Source: Candidatus Moraniibacteriota bacterium (GTDB lineage: Bacteria; Patescibacteriota; Minisyncoccia; Moranbacterales; GCA-2747515). From it: a DNA stretch of 64,000 nt. The stretch's first letter is position 1; each line of letters starts with the position of its first letter. A program made the position numbers and the translations under genes. The stretch is taken from assembly GCA_942490825.1 (NCBI GenBank), contig CALNYG010000013.1, forward strand, positions 189,359-253,358, read 5' to 3'. Below the pieces are notes generated by a model. It was not told the origin of the DNA, did not search any database, and saw only the letters and a program-made list of their open reading frames with translations. Positions 36,384 to 45,622 of the stretch are shown here, piece by piece.

Positions 36384-36412
36384 ATTATAGCAGAAAAATA
36401 AAAATAAGTCAA
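36384..36412 (-). promoter_or_regulatory. consensus promoter for the antisense orphan gene 35955-36317
   Basis: The minus strand reads TTGACT-N17-TATAAT. Confidence 0.55.
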
Positions 36413-36487
36413 GAGGCTTCAAAATTTCAAATAACAAAATTAAACAAAGTAAAAATGAGTAAATTAATTTTTAAAATTAGCACAGTG

Positions 36488-36513
36488 AAAGCCCGTGTAT
36501 GGCGTTTGAACAC
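36488..36513 (+). repeat. GC-rich motif, copy 4 (variant)
   Basis: aaagcccgtgtatggcgtttgaacac. The terminal gtgt/acac replaces gtgc/gcac. Confidence 0.55.
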
Positions 36514-36567
36514 TTTTATTCTTAAATTTTTAAATAAAACATTACGAATTAAATATTATCTTAAATT

Positions 36568-39500
36568 ATGAACAAAGAAAATAAACCAAAAAATGAAATG
36601 TCAGTTTATTTATCACACTTGAAATACAAAGCCAGTGATTTTTCAGACATTTTGAAAAGCTATGTAACTAATATGAGATTGGTTGCATTAGTTTTGCTAT
36701 TTGTAATTTTAGGAGGTTTAGTTTCTTTCTTTTCTGTAGCACGTACTTTAAATCCAGAAATCAATATTGCTATGGTAGCGGTGTCAACTGTTTTACCTGG
36801 AGCAACACCAACGGACATGGAATCTTTGATTACGAAAAAATTGGAGAATGAAATTAAAAAAGTTGATGATATTGATGTTATTTCTTCTACGTCACGAGAG
36901 AGTGTTTCGGTAATTATGATTCAATTTAAAGATGGTGTAGATAGAGATGATGCTCAAACTGATGTTCAAAATGCAGTTGGAGCGGTTTCTGATTTACCTG
37001 ATGATGCACAAAGTCCTCGAGTAAAAGCACTAAATTTTGAGGATGTTCCAGTTTCAAGATATGCGGTTATTGCTAATGACACAGATCAAGCTTCTTTAAA
37101 TAGTTTCATTGAATCTTTTAAAACCGATTTGGAAAATGAAAATTTAATTGATCGAGTTGAGATTTCTGGAAATGAAACACAGGAAGTTCAAGTTTTAATT
37201 TCACAAGAAAAATTACAGGAGTTAAATGTTAATTTACAATCTTTATTACCTTTAATTACTTCAGCAACATCTTCTTATCCAGCAGGAACAGTTTACTCGG
37301 ATAAATCAGAAATTGGTTTGACTATTGATCGGGACAGTATGACGTTAGATGACCTGCGTAGTACAGTTATTTCAGTGGACGGTGTTTTATATAGACTTGG
37401 TGATATTGCAGAAGTTTCTGAAAGAAGTGCACCAGGATATGTTCCAGCTTTTATAACAAAACCTGATGGAACTGAATATAGAGCTATAACCATAGATACT
37501 TATCGAATTTTAGGTTCAAAAATTTCTGAAGCGACAGAACAAACAGAAGCTACTATTGAAAAATATGAAAAGATCGCAAATGGTTCAATTTCTTTTATTA
37601 AAGTTTCTGATATAAATAACGATATTAATAAAAGTTTTAGCGATCTTTACAGTAATTTATTTATGACGGTTTGTTTAGTTTTTATCGTTTTATTTTTATT
37701 TGTGGGAGTTCGTCAGGCATTTTTAGCTGCAATTTCTGTGCCGTTAGTTTTCATGACAGCTTTTATTGTGATGTATACAATAGGAATGTCACTAAACTTT
37801 TTATCAATTTTTGCTTTGCTTATTTCATTGGGTTTATTAGTCGATGTGACAATTGTTGTAATTAGTGCAATTACAACTTATTATCGTTCGGGCAAATTTT
37901 CTCCAAAAGAAACAGGCTTGCTTGTTTGGAAAGATTTTTTCACTACACTTTTAGTTACAACTTTAACGACTGTTTGGGCATTTTTACCACTTCTTTTAGC
38001 TGGCGGAATGATGGGAGCTTTTTTAAAGCCGTTGCCGATTGTTGTGAGCTCTGTTTTATTAGGATCTGTTTTTATTGGATTTTTTATAATCTTACCATTG
38101 ATGGTTTGGTTACTGGATTTTTCTATGCCAAAGCGGGTTTTAAATTTAATAAAACTTATTGGATTTATTTTTGTGTTATTTATTTCGTTTTCTTTTATCC
38201 AAAAAATATTAAATGATATACAACTTGAGTTTTCTAAATGGTGGTGGATTTTAATTATTTTAATTATTTTAATTTTAACAATTATTTTATTAATTTTATT
38301 TATTTCTCTCGGCAGGGTGATAAAAAATATTTTTAATTATTTTAAAAATTTAATTGCAAATAAATTTTCTATTTCAAAAAATAAAGATGAGAGTCATGAT
38401 GGAATAATAGATATTTCTTTTATTGAACGTTTATACAAAAAAGCATTAAATAAAATTCTTTTAAAACGAAAACATCGTCGTTCTATTGTTTGGCTTGTAA
38501 TTTTATTTTTTATTTTTTCAATTTCACTTATTGGATTTGGTTTTGTTAAAAATGAGTTCTTTCCAAAAGAAGATGCGAATATGGTATATGTGAGCATGGA
38601 ACTTCCATTGGATACTCGAGCATCTGTGGCAGAAGATATCTCTCTAAATTTTGTTTCTCAAATTAATGATATTTCAGGTTTATCAAATATTCAAACTCAA
38701 ATTGGTGCTAAAATTGATGGGGATGGAAATTTAAATTTAGGCTTAGATGCAAGTAATGTTTTACTTACAGTTAATTTAGTTGATGTTGACGATCGAGAAA
38801 TTACTTCTTCTGAAGTTGCAAAATCACTTCGTGAAAATAATGCAGTTAAAAATTTTATTAATGGAAAAATAGTTGTAGTTGAATCTGCAGGCGGACCACC
38901 AGCAGGAGCTGATGTGACTATAAAATTAACAGGTGATGATTTAGAACAGCTCAATGTCTATGTTGAACAAGTGAAGAGTCATTTGAAGGAAAAAGACGGC
39001 GTAATCAATGTAAGAAAATCAGTAGAATCTGGAAGCGTTAAAATTGTTTTTATTCCAAATAAAAGTGCAATGATGGAATACGGTGTTTCATTACAAGAAA
39101 TCGGATTTTATTTGCGTACTTTTGGAAGTGGAATGGTGGTTAGTGGTGATATTGATTTTGACGATTTGTCGGACAGTCGAGATATTGTTTTACGATTGTC
39201 TGATGATGTGCAGTCAGTTGATGCTTTAGAGCGTACAGTTATTCAGACAAACAGAGGCGAGCAAATTCCTTTGACAACTTTGGGTAAATTTAAACTCAAA
39301 GAAAGTCCAGCTCAGATTAAGAGGGAAGATTTGAAACGAGTTCTTTCTGTTACAGCAGCAGTTGAGGAGGGATATAATGCAACTCAGATCAATGAAGAAG
39401 TGAGTGAATTTATGGAAATAGGAATGCAATTAGCAGACGGTTACAGTTGGCAGTCAGGTGGTGCTAATGAGGAAAATAATAAATCTGTTCAGTCAATTTT

Positions 39501-39975
39501 GAAGGCAATGTTGTTGGCGTTTGTTTTAATCTTCTTAACTTTGATTATTCAACTTAATTCTTACCGAAAATCTTTTATTGTACTGTTGGTTATTCCGTTA
39601 GCGATTTCTGGTGTATTTGTTTTGTTTGCGATCTTTGGATTGCCATTGTCTTTTCCAGCGTTGATCGGTGTGTTGGCACTTTTTGGAATTGTTATTAATA
39701 ATTCTATTATGATCATTGATCAGATCAATAAAAATCATAAGGAAGATATGAGTTTTCATCAGGCTGTGGTGGATGGTTCTTCGTCTCGTCTTGAACCGAT
39801 TTTGTTGAGTTCATTGACGACTATTGTTGGGCTTTTGCCGATTACGATTACTCAGCCTGTTTGGCAGGGTCTGGGTGGAGCGATTATTTCTGGCTTGTCT
39901 TTTTCTGGAATTATTATGTTATTTTTTATTCCTGCGGTTTATTATATGATATTTGAAAACGACAAAGATTTTTAA
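36568..39975 (+). CDS. RND superfamily efflux permease (AcrB/HAE-like), 1135 aa
   Basis: Two pseudo-repeated halves, each with a large porter loop and a TM bundle. Contains the typical GLLVDVTIVV and ALFGIVINNSIMIID. Confidence 0.9.
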   Translation: MNKENKPKNEMSVYLSHLKYKASDFSDILKSYVTNMRLVALVLLFVILGGLVSFFSVARTLNPEINIAMVAVSTVLPGATPTDMESLITKKLENEIKKVDDIDVISSTSRESVSVIMIQFKDGVDRDDAQTDVQNAVGAVSDLPDDAQSPRVKALNFEDVPVSRYAVIANDTDQASLNSFIESFKTDLENENLIDRVEISGNETQEVQVLISQEKLQELNVNLQSLLPLITSATSSYPAGTVYSDKSEIGLTIDRDSMTLDDLRSTVISVDGVLYRLGDIAEVSERSAPGYVPAFITKPDGTEYRAITIDTYRILGSKISEATEQTEATIEKYEKIANGSISFIKVSDINNDINKSFSDLYSNLFMTVCLVFIVLFLFVGVRQAFLAAISVPLVFMTAFIVMYTIGMSLNFLSIFALLISLGLLVDVTIVVISAITTYYRSGKFSPKETGLLVWKDFFTTLLVTTLTTVWAFLPLLLAGGMMGAFLKPLPIVVSSVLLGSVFIGFFIILPLMVWLLDFSMPKRVLNLIKLIGFIFVLFISFSFIQKILNDIQLEFSKWWWILIILIILILTIILLILFISLGRVIKNIFNYFKNLIANKFSISKNKDESHDGIIDISFIERLYKKALNKILLKRKHRRSIVWLVILFFIFSISLIGFGFVKNEFFPKEDANMVYVSMELPLDTRASVAEDISLNFVSQINDISGLSNIQTQIGAKIDGDGNLNLGLDASNVLLTVNLVDVDDREITSSEVAKSLRENNAVKNFINGKIVVVESAGGPPAGADVTIKLTGDDLEQLNVYVEQVKSHLKEKDGVINVRKSVESGSVKIVFIPNKSAMMEYGVSLQEIGFYLRTFGSGMVVSGDIDFDDLSDSRDIVLRLSDDVQSVDALERTVIQTNRGEQIPLTTLGKFKLKESPAQIKREDLKRVLSVTAAVEEGYNATQINEEVSEFMEIGMQLADGYSWQSGGANEENNKSVQSILKAMLLAFVLIFLTLIIQLNSYRKSFIVLLVIPLAISGVFVLFAIFGLPLSFPALIGVLALFGIVINNSIMIIDQINKNHKEDMSFHQAVVDGSSSRLEPILLSSLTTIVGLLPITITQPVWQGLGGAIISGLSFSGIIMLFFIPAVYYMIFENDKDF

Positions 39976-40017
39976 GGGTGTTATAATGTATTTATTAATA
40001 ATTTAAAATATAAAAAT

Positions 40018-40737
40018 ATGGAAGAAAATACTTCAAGTAAAGTTGAAACTTTTGTAAGTTCGGCGGTTAGTAGAATTTTAAATTTAGTAATGATTTTGGT
40101 TACTATAGCTTTAGCGGGAATTGTGGTTTTCTTTTGGAATAAAAATCAGCTTTTAGAACAAAAGACTAAAACTTTACAAGAACAGAATGATAATTTTACT
40201 GAAATGAATGATCAGGTTAAGAGTGGGGATATCGAGGTTAAGGAGGAAATGGGTGCTAATAAAGAAGTGGGAAAAAATATTTCTGAGTGGAGGACTTATA
40301 AAAGTGATAAATATAAATTTGAAATAAAATATCCCAATAACTGGGGAGTTGAAACTTTTAAGACTTATTCTCAGTTTCCTGGTTTAGAGCCTATCGATTG
40401 CAATCAAACTCCTGAAAAGTGTAAATTTGAAATGATAAGATTCTCTAATAATAAAATAGGAAAAGAAAATCATTTTTTTAGTGTTCGAGAGAATTATGAT
40501 GCAAAAAAAGATCATGATAGTGTCATAAAAAATAGTATTTTAATGGAAGATATGATGGATGGTTGTTTAATTACATATTCAATTAGCTCTAAAAATAAAG
40601 GATTTTTAATACATACTTTTTTCTCGGGTGAGTTTATTAAGAGTGAAGTAGAAAAAGAACAATTTAAAGAAAAGTGTAAAACTAATAAATTAGTAGGAGA
40701 TATTGATGTAGTAGTAGGAACGCTTAAAGTTTATTAA
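40018..40737 (+). CDS. membrane-anchored hypothetical protein
   Basis: 239-aa ORF with a single TM helix near the N-terminus. Confidence 0.5.
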   Translation: MEENTSSKVETFVSSAVSRILNLVMILVTIALAGIVVFFWNKNQLLEQKTKTLQEQNDNFTEMNDQVKSGDIEVKEEMGANKEVGKNISEWRTYKSDKYKFEIKYPNNWGVETFKTYSQFPGLEPIDCNQTPEKCKFEMIRFSNNKIGKENHFFSVRENYDAKKDHDSVIKNSILMEDMMDGCLITYSISSKNKGFLIHTFFSGEFIKSEVEKEQFKEKCKTNKLVGDIDVVVGTLKVY

Positions 40738-40816
40738 AATTAAAAACTTTTTAAAATTTAAAAACCTTTTTCGTTAAGAATTGGGTTTTTAATTTTAAAA
40801 TAAATCTTTAATTGAA

Positions 40817-40857
40817 AAAGCCCGTGCGGCGAGCCTGCCTGTTCGGCAGACAGGCAC
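40817..40857 (+). repeat. GC-rich motif, copy 5, with a 20-nt palindromic insert
   Basis: aaagcccgtgcggcgagc[ctgcctgttcggcagacagg]cac. Confidence 0.8.
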
Positions 40858-40867
40858 AAAAATAATT

Positions 40868-42673
40868 TTACTCAACTTTATAAATCAAAATAGAAGTCCC
40901 AACTTGATGAATTGGTTTATAATTAAGTAACCAATGATACGAACTATCTTCAGATTTATTTTTGTCATAAAGAGACCCTTGCAAATGATTCACGGAAATA
41001 GCATAATAACCTTTTTCAATCGGACGTTTAGAGTCCCACCATTCAATAAATCTATCCTTGCCTAGTCTATTTTGAGGTCGATCACCGCCAAAATAATGAA
41101 CGCGGATTTTATCGATTTCAGGATGCTTATCTAAATATTCTTCAAGTCGTTTTAAATCTTGTCCCCAGTCAGCATTAGAATCAGTTATAATTTTGTAACC
41201 ATTTTTTGGTCCGCCAACAGTTTGATTAAAATAAGAAATATAATAAGGAAATTGCATTACAGTTTCAGAGATCATTAATGCAATTATTGCAATAAAAATA
41301 TATCGAACAGCAATAATTCTTTTTTCATTAATTAATTTACTATAAATATCTACACAAACTTTAGCAGTGATCAAATAAATCAAAGGCATGATAGGGAATA
41401 AATGTCTAAATCCAATATTTAAATTTCCTGTGATTGAAATATAAAAATAAAATATAACAAATAATAATAGAGAAATTTCAGTAAAATTATGAAGGACGTA
41501 TTTTCTCCCACTACTTGCACTTAGACCTATCTTTTGCGAGAATAATTTTAAAATATTTTGATAAGTTAAAATTATAAAAGCGCTTATAGCAAAAACATAA
41601 AAGAATAGATGAAATAATGTTTGTTTAGTTAAGAAAGCTACAGGGAAATAATTAGGAAATGCTTTATCAGAAACTTCTCCCATGAAATAAGCTCCATTAC
41701 CACCAGCCACTCTGTTTTTTACATACATTACACCGTAAACATAAGTTCCTAGTGATCGAGTAATTGAATTTTCATTTGACCATAGAACAAAATCTAAAGC
41801 TTTTTCATCAATAATACTAGTGTCAGGATTTATTTTTGCAGGAGCTAATGTAGAAAGGACTGTAGTTGGCATATTAAAAGTAAACGGAATGTAAGTAAGC
41901 CAGATTGTGAAGAATATTACAATTCCAATTAATAGACTTTTCGCTAAATATCCAGATATAAAGCTAATTTTATTATTTTTTACATCAATTAATTTAAAGA
42001 TTACAAAAGTAATTAGTAGTAATACAAAAAATATAACAAGTAATATTGCAGAAAATTTTGTGATTTGAGCAATGCCTAGAGTTAATCCAGTCAAGATAGC
42101 ATTTTTCCAACTTGGATTGCGAACAAAATTTAAAAAGAAATAAAAGGCTAGGGTAGTTGCAGCAGCAATTCCGATGTCCGTGGTAACTAAATGACTATGT
42201 CCGATTATATTTGGATCGAAAACATAAAGAAGAAGTGCAAAAATTCCAGTGGCTATTCCACCAATTTTTTTACCCCACCAAAAAAGTAGAAGGGCAAGTC
42301 CAACTGAAATTAAAATAATTGGTAGACGAGCAAATAATGCTATTTGGTCAACGTTATTACCAGCTTCATGTAGGAGATGATGACCAGCTTGCCATTGCTT
42401 ATATTCTCCCCATTGATTAACTTCATTCCATAATTCTTGAGTTGTTTCAAAGTTCAAATGCAAAAATAGTAATGGAATTCCAGAGAGAACTTTAACTAAG
42501 GGAGGGTGTTCTGGATTTAATCGGTAGTCAAATTCTGAGACGTAGCTGTAGCCAGCAAGGATGTGCGCTACTTCGTCAAAAGTTAGAGAATCATCATTGG
42601 CTAATTTTACAGATACAATCAATAAAAAAGATATTGCTAGAGTAACGATTATTTTATAATGTTTTGTAAACAT
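40868..42673 (-). CDS. GT-C fold glycosyltransferase, PMT/ArnT-like (family 39-like)
   Basis: Multi-TM protein. First-loop motifs FDEVAH and NPEHPPLVK. Soluble C-terminal domain. Confidence 0.8.
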   Translation of the reverse strand: MFTKHYKIIVTLAISFLLIVSVKLANDDSLTFDEVAHILAGYSYVSEFDYRLNPEHPPLVKVLSGIPLLFLHLNFETTQELWNEVNQWGEYKQWQAGHHLLHEAGNNVDQIALFARLPIILISVGLALLLFWWGKKIGGIATGIFALLLYVFDPNIIGHSHLVTTDIGIAAATTLAFYFFLNFVRNPSWKNAILTGLTLGIAQITKFSAILLVIFFVLLLITFVIFKLIDVKNNKISFISGYLAKSLLIGIVIFFTIWLTYIPFTFNMPTTVLSTLAPAKINPDTSIIDEKALDFVLWSNENSITRSLGTYVYGVMYVKNRVAGGNGAYFMGEVSDKAFPNYFPVAFLTKQTLFHLFFYVFAISAFIILTYQNILKLFSQKIGLSASSGRKYVLHNFTEISLLLFVIFYFYISITGNLNIGFRHLFPIMPLIYLITAKVCVDIYSKLINEKRIIAVRYIFIAIIALMISETVMQFPYYISYFNQTVGGPKNGYKIITDSNADWGQDLKRLEEYLDKHPEIDKIRVHYFGGDRPQNRLGKDRFIEWWDSKRPIEKGYYAISVNHLQGSLYDKNKSEDSSYHWLLNYKPIHQVGTSILIYKVE

Positions 42674-42753
42674 ATTTTATTTTTTATTTTAATTTTATAA
42701 ATTAATTATAGCATTTTTTTATTGAGATAAAAAATTTATTTTTTATAATTATT

Positions 42754-45141
42754 TTATTTAGTATTAAGCATCACGCAAATATAATTCGTTTCTCGATTAG
42801 CTATTACTAATTTGTGTTCGTATTCTTTGCACTGGTATAGTTCTCTGTAAAATTTTTGATTGTCTGTCCCATATACTTTTATTAAGTCATGAATTCCAGT
42901 AGCTCTACGGTTACTGGAAATAATATAATAATCATAATCATCTTCTCCTGAGCATTTTCCAACAAAGAAGTCGCAGATTCTAGTTCTGTCTGTCCAAATA
43001 TTTAAATTTTTAGCATTGGGTAAATTGTTTAAATATTCAGCAATTTCATATGTTCCTTCACCAATATCTTTAGGATTAATAATGTGTTTTTTAGGCAATA
43101 ATGAGCTGTTGTAACTGAAATAAAATGGTGTAATATTCCATAAAATAAATGAGTTTATAATAACAACAAAAGTTAAAAATAAGTATAAACTTTTTTTATT
43201 AAACTTTTTGATTATTTGAGCAAAGCCTAAAGCACTTAATAAAATCGCCAATGGATAGGTTATTGCTTGGTAGCGAGGCATCGGAACAACGCCACTGAAA
43301 GCAGATGAAAGGAAATAAATAAGAATAAAAAATGATAGCTGCCAGATTACATATTTACTAAGGGTTATTTTTTTATTTTTCCAAAAATCTTTTAAGTTTG
43401 AAAATTGAGTAATTAATAAGCCAGTCAGAACTATTGGAGTTATTCCAAAAATCAAAGCATAAAAACCAGATAAATAAACAGAAATTTTACTATTGCTTTC
43501 ACCAAAAGTTTTTGGGTTAGCAACAGCTAATTCAAAGTCAAAAGGTTTCATTCCGAGGTAAGTGTCAACTAAAATAAAAACTATTGAAATAATGAAGATT
43601 ATTGGAACTGAAATTATAAGTAGAGAGCGTAACTTTTTTAATTTATCAATCAGTATGAATATAATTTTATTTTTCAAAAAGAAAATTTCTAATAGAGATA
43701 TAAATAGGAGGATAAGAATAGGAATTTGTTGTATGAAAAAGTTTTCACCAAACATATTTTCTGTATTTCGAATGTTGAAATTAAAAATTAATAACTCAAA
43801 AAATAAAATCGCAAAAGAGAATGATAATATTTTTTTAAGGAATAGTTTTGATATTTCTTCTTTTACTTTAAATAAAATAGTTTGTGTGTAAAATAAAATG
43901 AGTGCGACAAAAGATATCCATATAGCTTCAAATGGTTGACTCCATAAAGTCGCAAGTAACATTCTGTCTAATTTAACCCACATGCCAGAATATAATATGT
44001 ATAAAGTGAGTAAAGATATGATAAAAATTATTACAAGATCTAATAATTTGTTTTTAAAAAAGTTTGTGTAATTTTCTTTTTTAACTTTTAATATTATAGC
44101 TTGAAAAAAAGGTTCTATTAAGAAGAAAGGCAATAGTAAATTAGTAACATATTTTGTGAGAAGCCCTAATCCAAGTAAAAAACCAGTTAAATAAAGAAAA
44201 TTTTTGTTATTATTTTTTTGATAAATAAAGTAAGAAAAAATTGTTAGCGGAATAAAGATCCAAGTTAAAGCATCAGGATTTATTAATTTGCTGATACCAA
44301 TTAAAAGAGGTGAGAAACCAATTAGAGTGGTAGATATTAATCCAACCGTTGGATCAAATAGTTTTGAAATTAATAAATAAATTAAAATTAAGCTGAGAGA
44401 AGTAAATATTATTACAGGTAATCGTACTAAAAAAAGCATTTTAGTAAAATCTTTCTTACCTTCTGCATCAAAATTCTTTACAGGTTTAAAATCACTAGGA
44501 GTTGTCCATAATAAGCTTATTCCAGAAATTAAATTTAATGTAACTCCAGGTTTATCACTAACTCGGGTACTTGACCAATCTCTTTCGCCTACATTTTTCC
44601 AAAAATTTTGAATTCTTTTTTCTCCACCGTATGTCCATAATCTTTCGTCTGTGTATAGGGCAGTGTTAGATTTGTAAAGAGCAAAAAATAAATGAATCGT
44701 AACTATTAGGAAAAGAAAAATAATCTGAATTTTTTTTGTTGATTTTTGCGTTTCAGGTTTATATTCTAATTCAGTATTTTTAATTGTAGCTTGCGTTTCG
44801 TTAATTTTTTTTATTGTAAAAAAGCTAAACAGAATAAGCCATCCTCCGATTATTAAGTCAAATATATAATGTAAATCGTCAAATCGAATGATTCCTAAAA
44901 TGTAAAAGGTAGAAAGAGATGGAAAAGTTACAATTAAAAATTGTTTTGTGTCCAGATATTTTAACAGTCTTAAAATTATAATTATAAAAATTGCAACAAA
45001 AAACAATAAATAAAAGAATTTTATTCCTAAAAACTCAAGAAATTCTAGATAACCATATTTTCTGAGTAGGGTTGAACAGGTGATAATAAGTAGAATTATC
45101 GTTAGGTCGATGTTTTTATATTTCAAAATTAAATTTTTCAT
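42754..45141 (-). CDS. GT-C fold membrane glycosyltransferase (ArnT/PMT-like), 795 aa
   Basis: Many TM helices. Loop motif YTDERLWTYGG...SDKPGV. Confidence 0.7.
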   Translation of the reverse strand: MKNLILKYKNIDLTIILLIITCSTLLRKYGYLEFLEFLGIKFFYLLFFVAIFIIIILRLLKYLDTKQFLIVTFPSLSTFYILGIIRFDDLHYIFDLIIGGWLILFSFFTIKKINETQATIKNTELEYKPETQKSTKKIQIIFLFLIVTIHLFFALYKSNTALYTDERLWTYGGEKRIQNFWKNVGERDWSSTRVSDKPGVTLNLISGISLLWTTPSDFKPVKNFDAEGKKDFTKMLFLVRLPVIIFTSLSLILIYLLISKLFDPTVGLISTTLIGFSPLLIGISKLINPDALTWIFIPLTIFSYFIYQKNNNKNFLYLTGFLLGLGLLTKYVTNLLLPFFLIEPFFQAIILKVKKENYTNFFKNKLLDLVIIFIISLLTLYILYSGMWVKLDRMLLATLWSQPFEAIWISFVALILFYTQTILFKVKEEISKLFLKKILSFSFAILFFELLIFNFNIRNTENMFGENFFIQQIPILILLFISLLEIFFLKNKIIFILIDKLKKLRSLLIISVPIIFIISIVFILVDTYLGMKPFDFELAVANPKTFGESNSKISVYLSGFYALIFGITPIVLTGLLITQFSNLKDFWKNKKITLSKYVIWQLSFFILIYFLSSAFSGVVPMPRYQAITYPLAILLSALGFAQIIKKFNKKSLYLFLTFVVIINSFILWNITPFYFSYNSSLLPKKHIINPKDIGEGTYEIAEYLNNLPNAKNLNIWTDRTRICDFFVGKCSGEDDYDYYIISSNRRATGIHDLIKVYGTDNQKFYRELYQCKEYEHKLVIANRETNYICVMLNTK

Positions 45142-45271
45142 ATTTATTGATAATTTTTAAGGGATTTATGGTTTATTTTAACGTATTTTTTAGCTAAAGT
45201 AAAACTTCTGTTATTTTGGTTTTGTGGTAGAATTAGGTGGAGATGTTTAAATTCATTTAAGCATATTTTTT

Positions 45272-45622
45272 ATGAATGAAATTAATTTTGAAGAATTCTA
45301 TTTTGAAGATATTGCTTTAAGCTTGCATAGAGTTATTCAAATAGAAAATAGGGAAATCATAACAAAAGGATTTATTAATTCAAGTATCAGGAAGAGTTTA
45401 TCTATCTATGTTAGATCAAATGATCACAATCCTTCTCATTTTCATATAGAATCAGTTCAAAGATCTTATAATCAAAAATTTTCTGTTGATGAAATAAAAA
45501 ATGTATCTAAAAACAAAGACCATAGGTTTGATGTGTATATTCAAAAATTTTTTATAAAAAATTCTAATTTTTTGACTAAAATAGAAAGCAAATTTTATGA
45601 ATTAAATCCTAATTTAATATGA
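45272..45622 (+). CDS. small protein, DUF4160-like
   Basis: IYVRSNDHNPSHFHIE resembles the (E/D)H-x-PPH-x-H signature of DUF4160. Weak. Confidence 0.4.
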   Translation: MNEINFEEFYFEDIALSLHRVIQIENREIITKGFINSSIRKSLSIYVRSNDHNPSHFHIESVQRSYNQKFSVDEIKNVSKNKDHRFDVYIQKFFIKNSNFLTKIESKFYELNPNLI

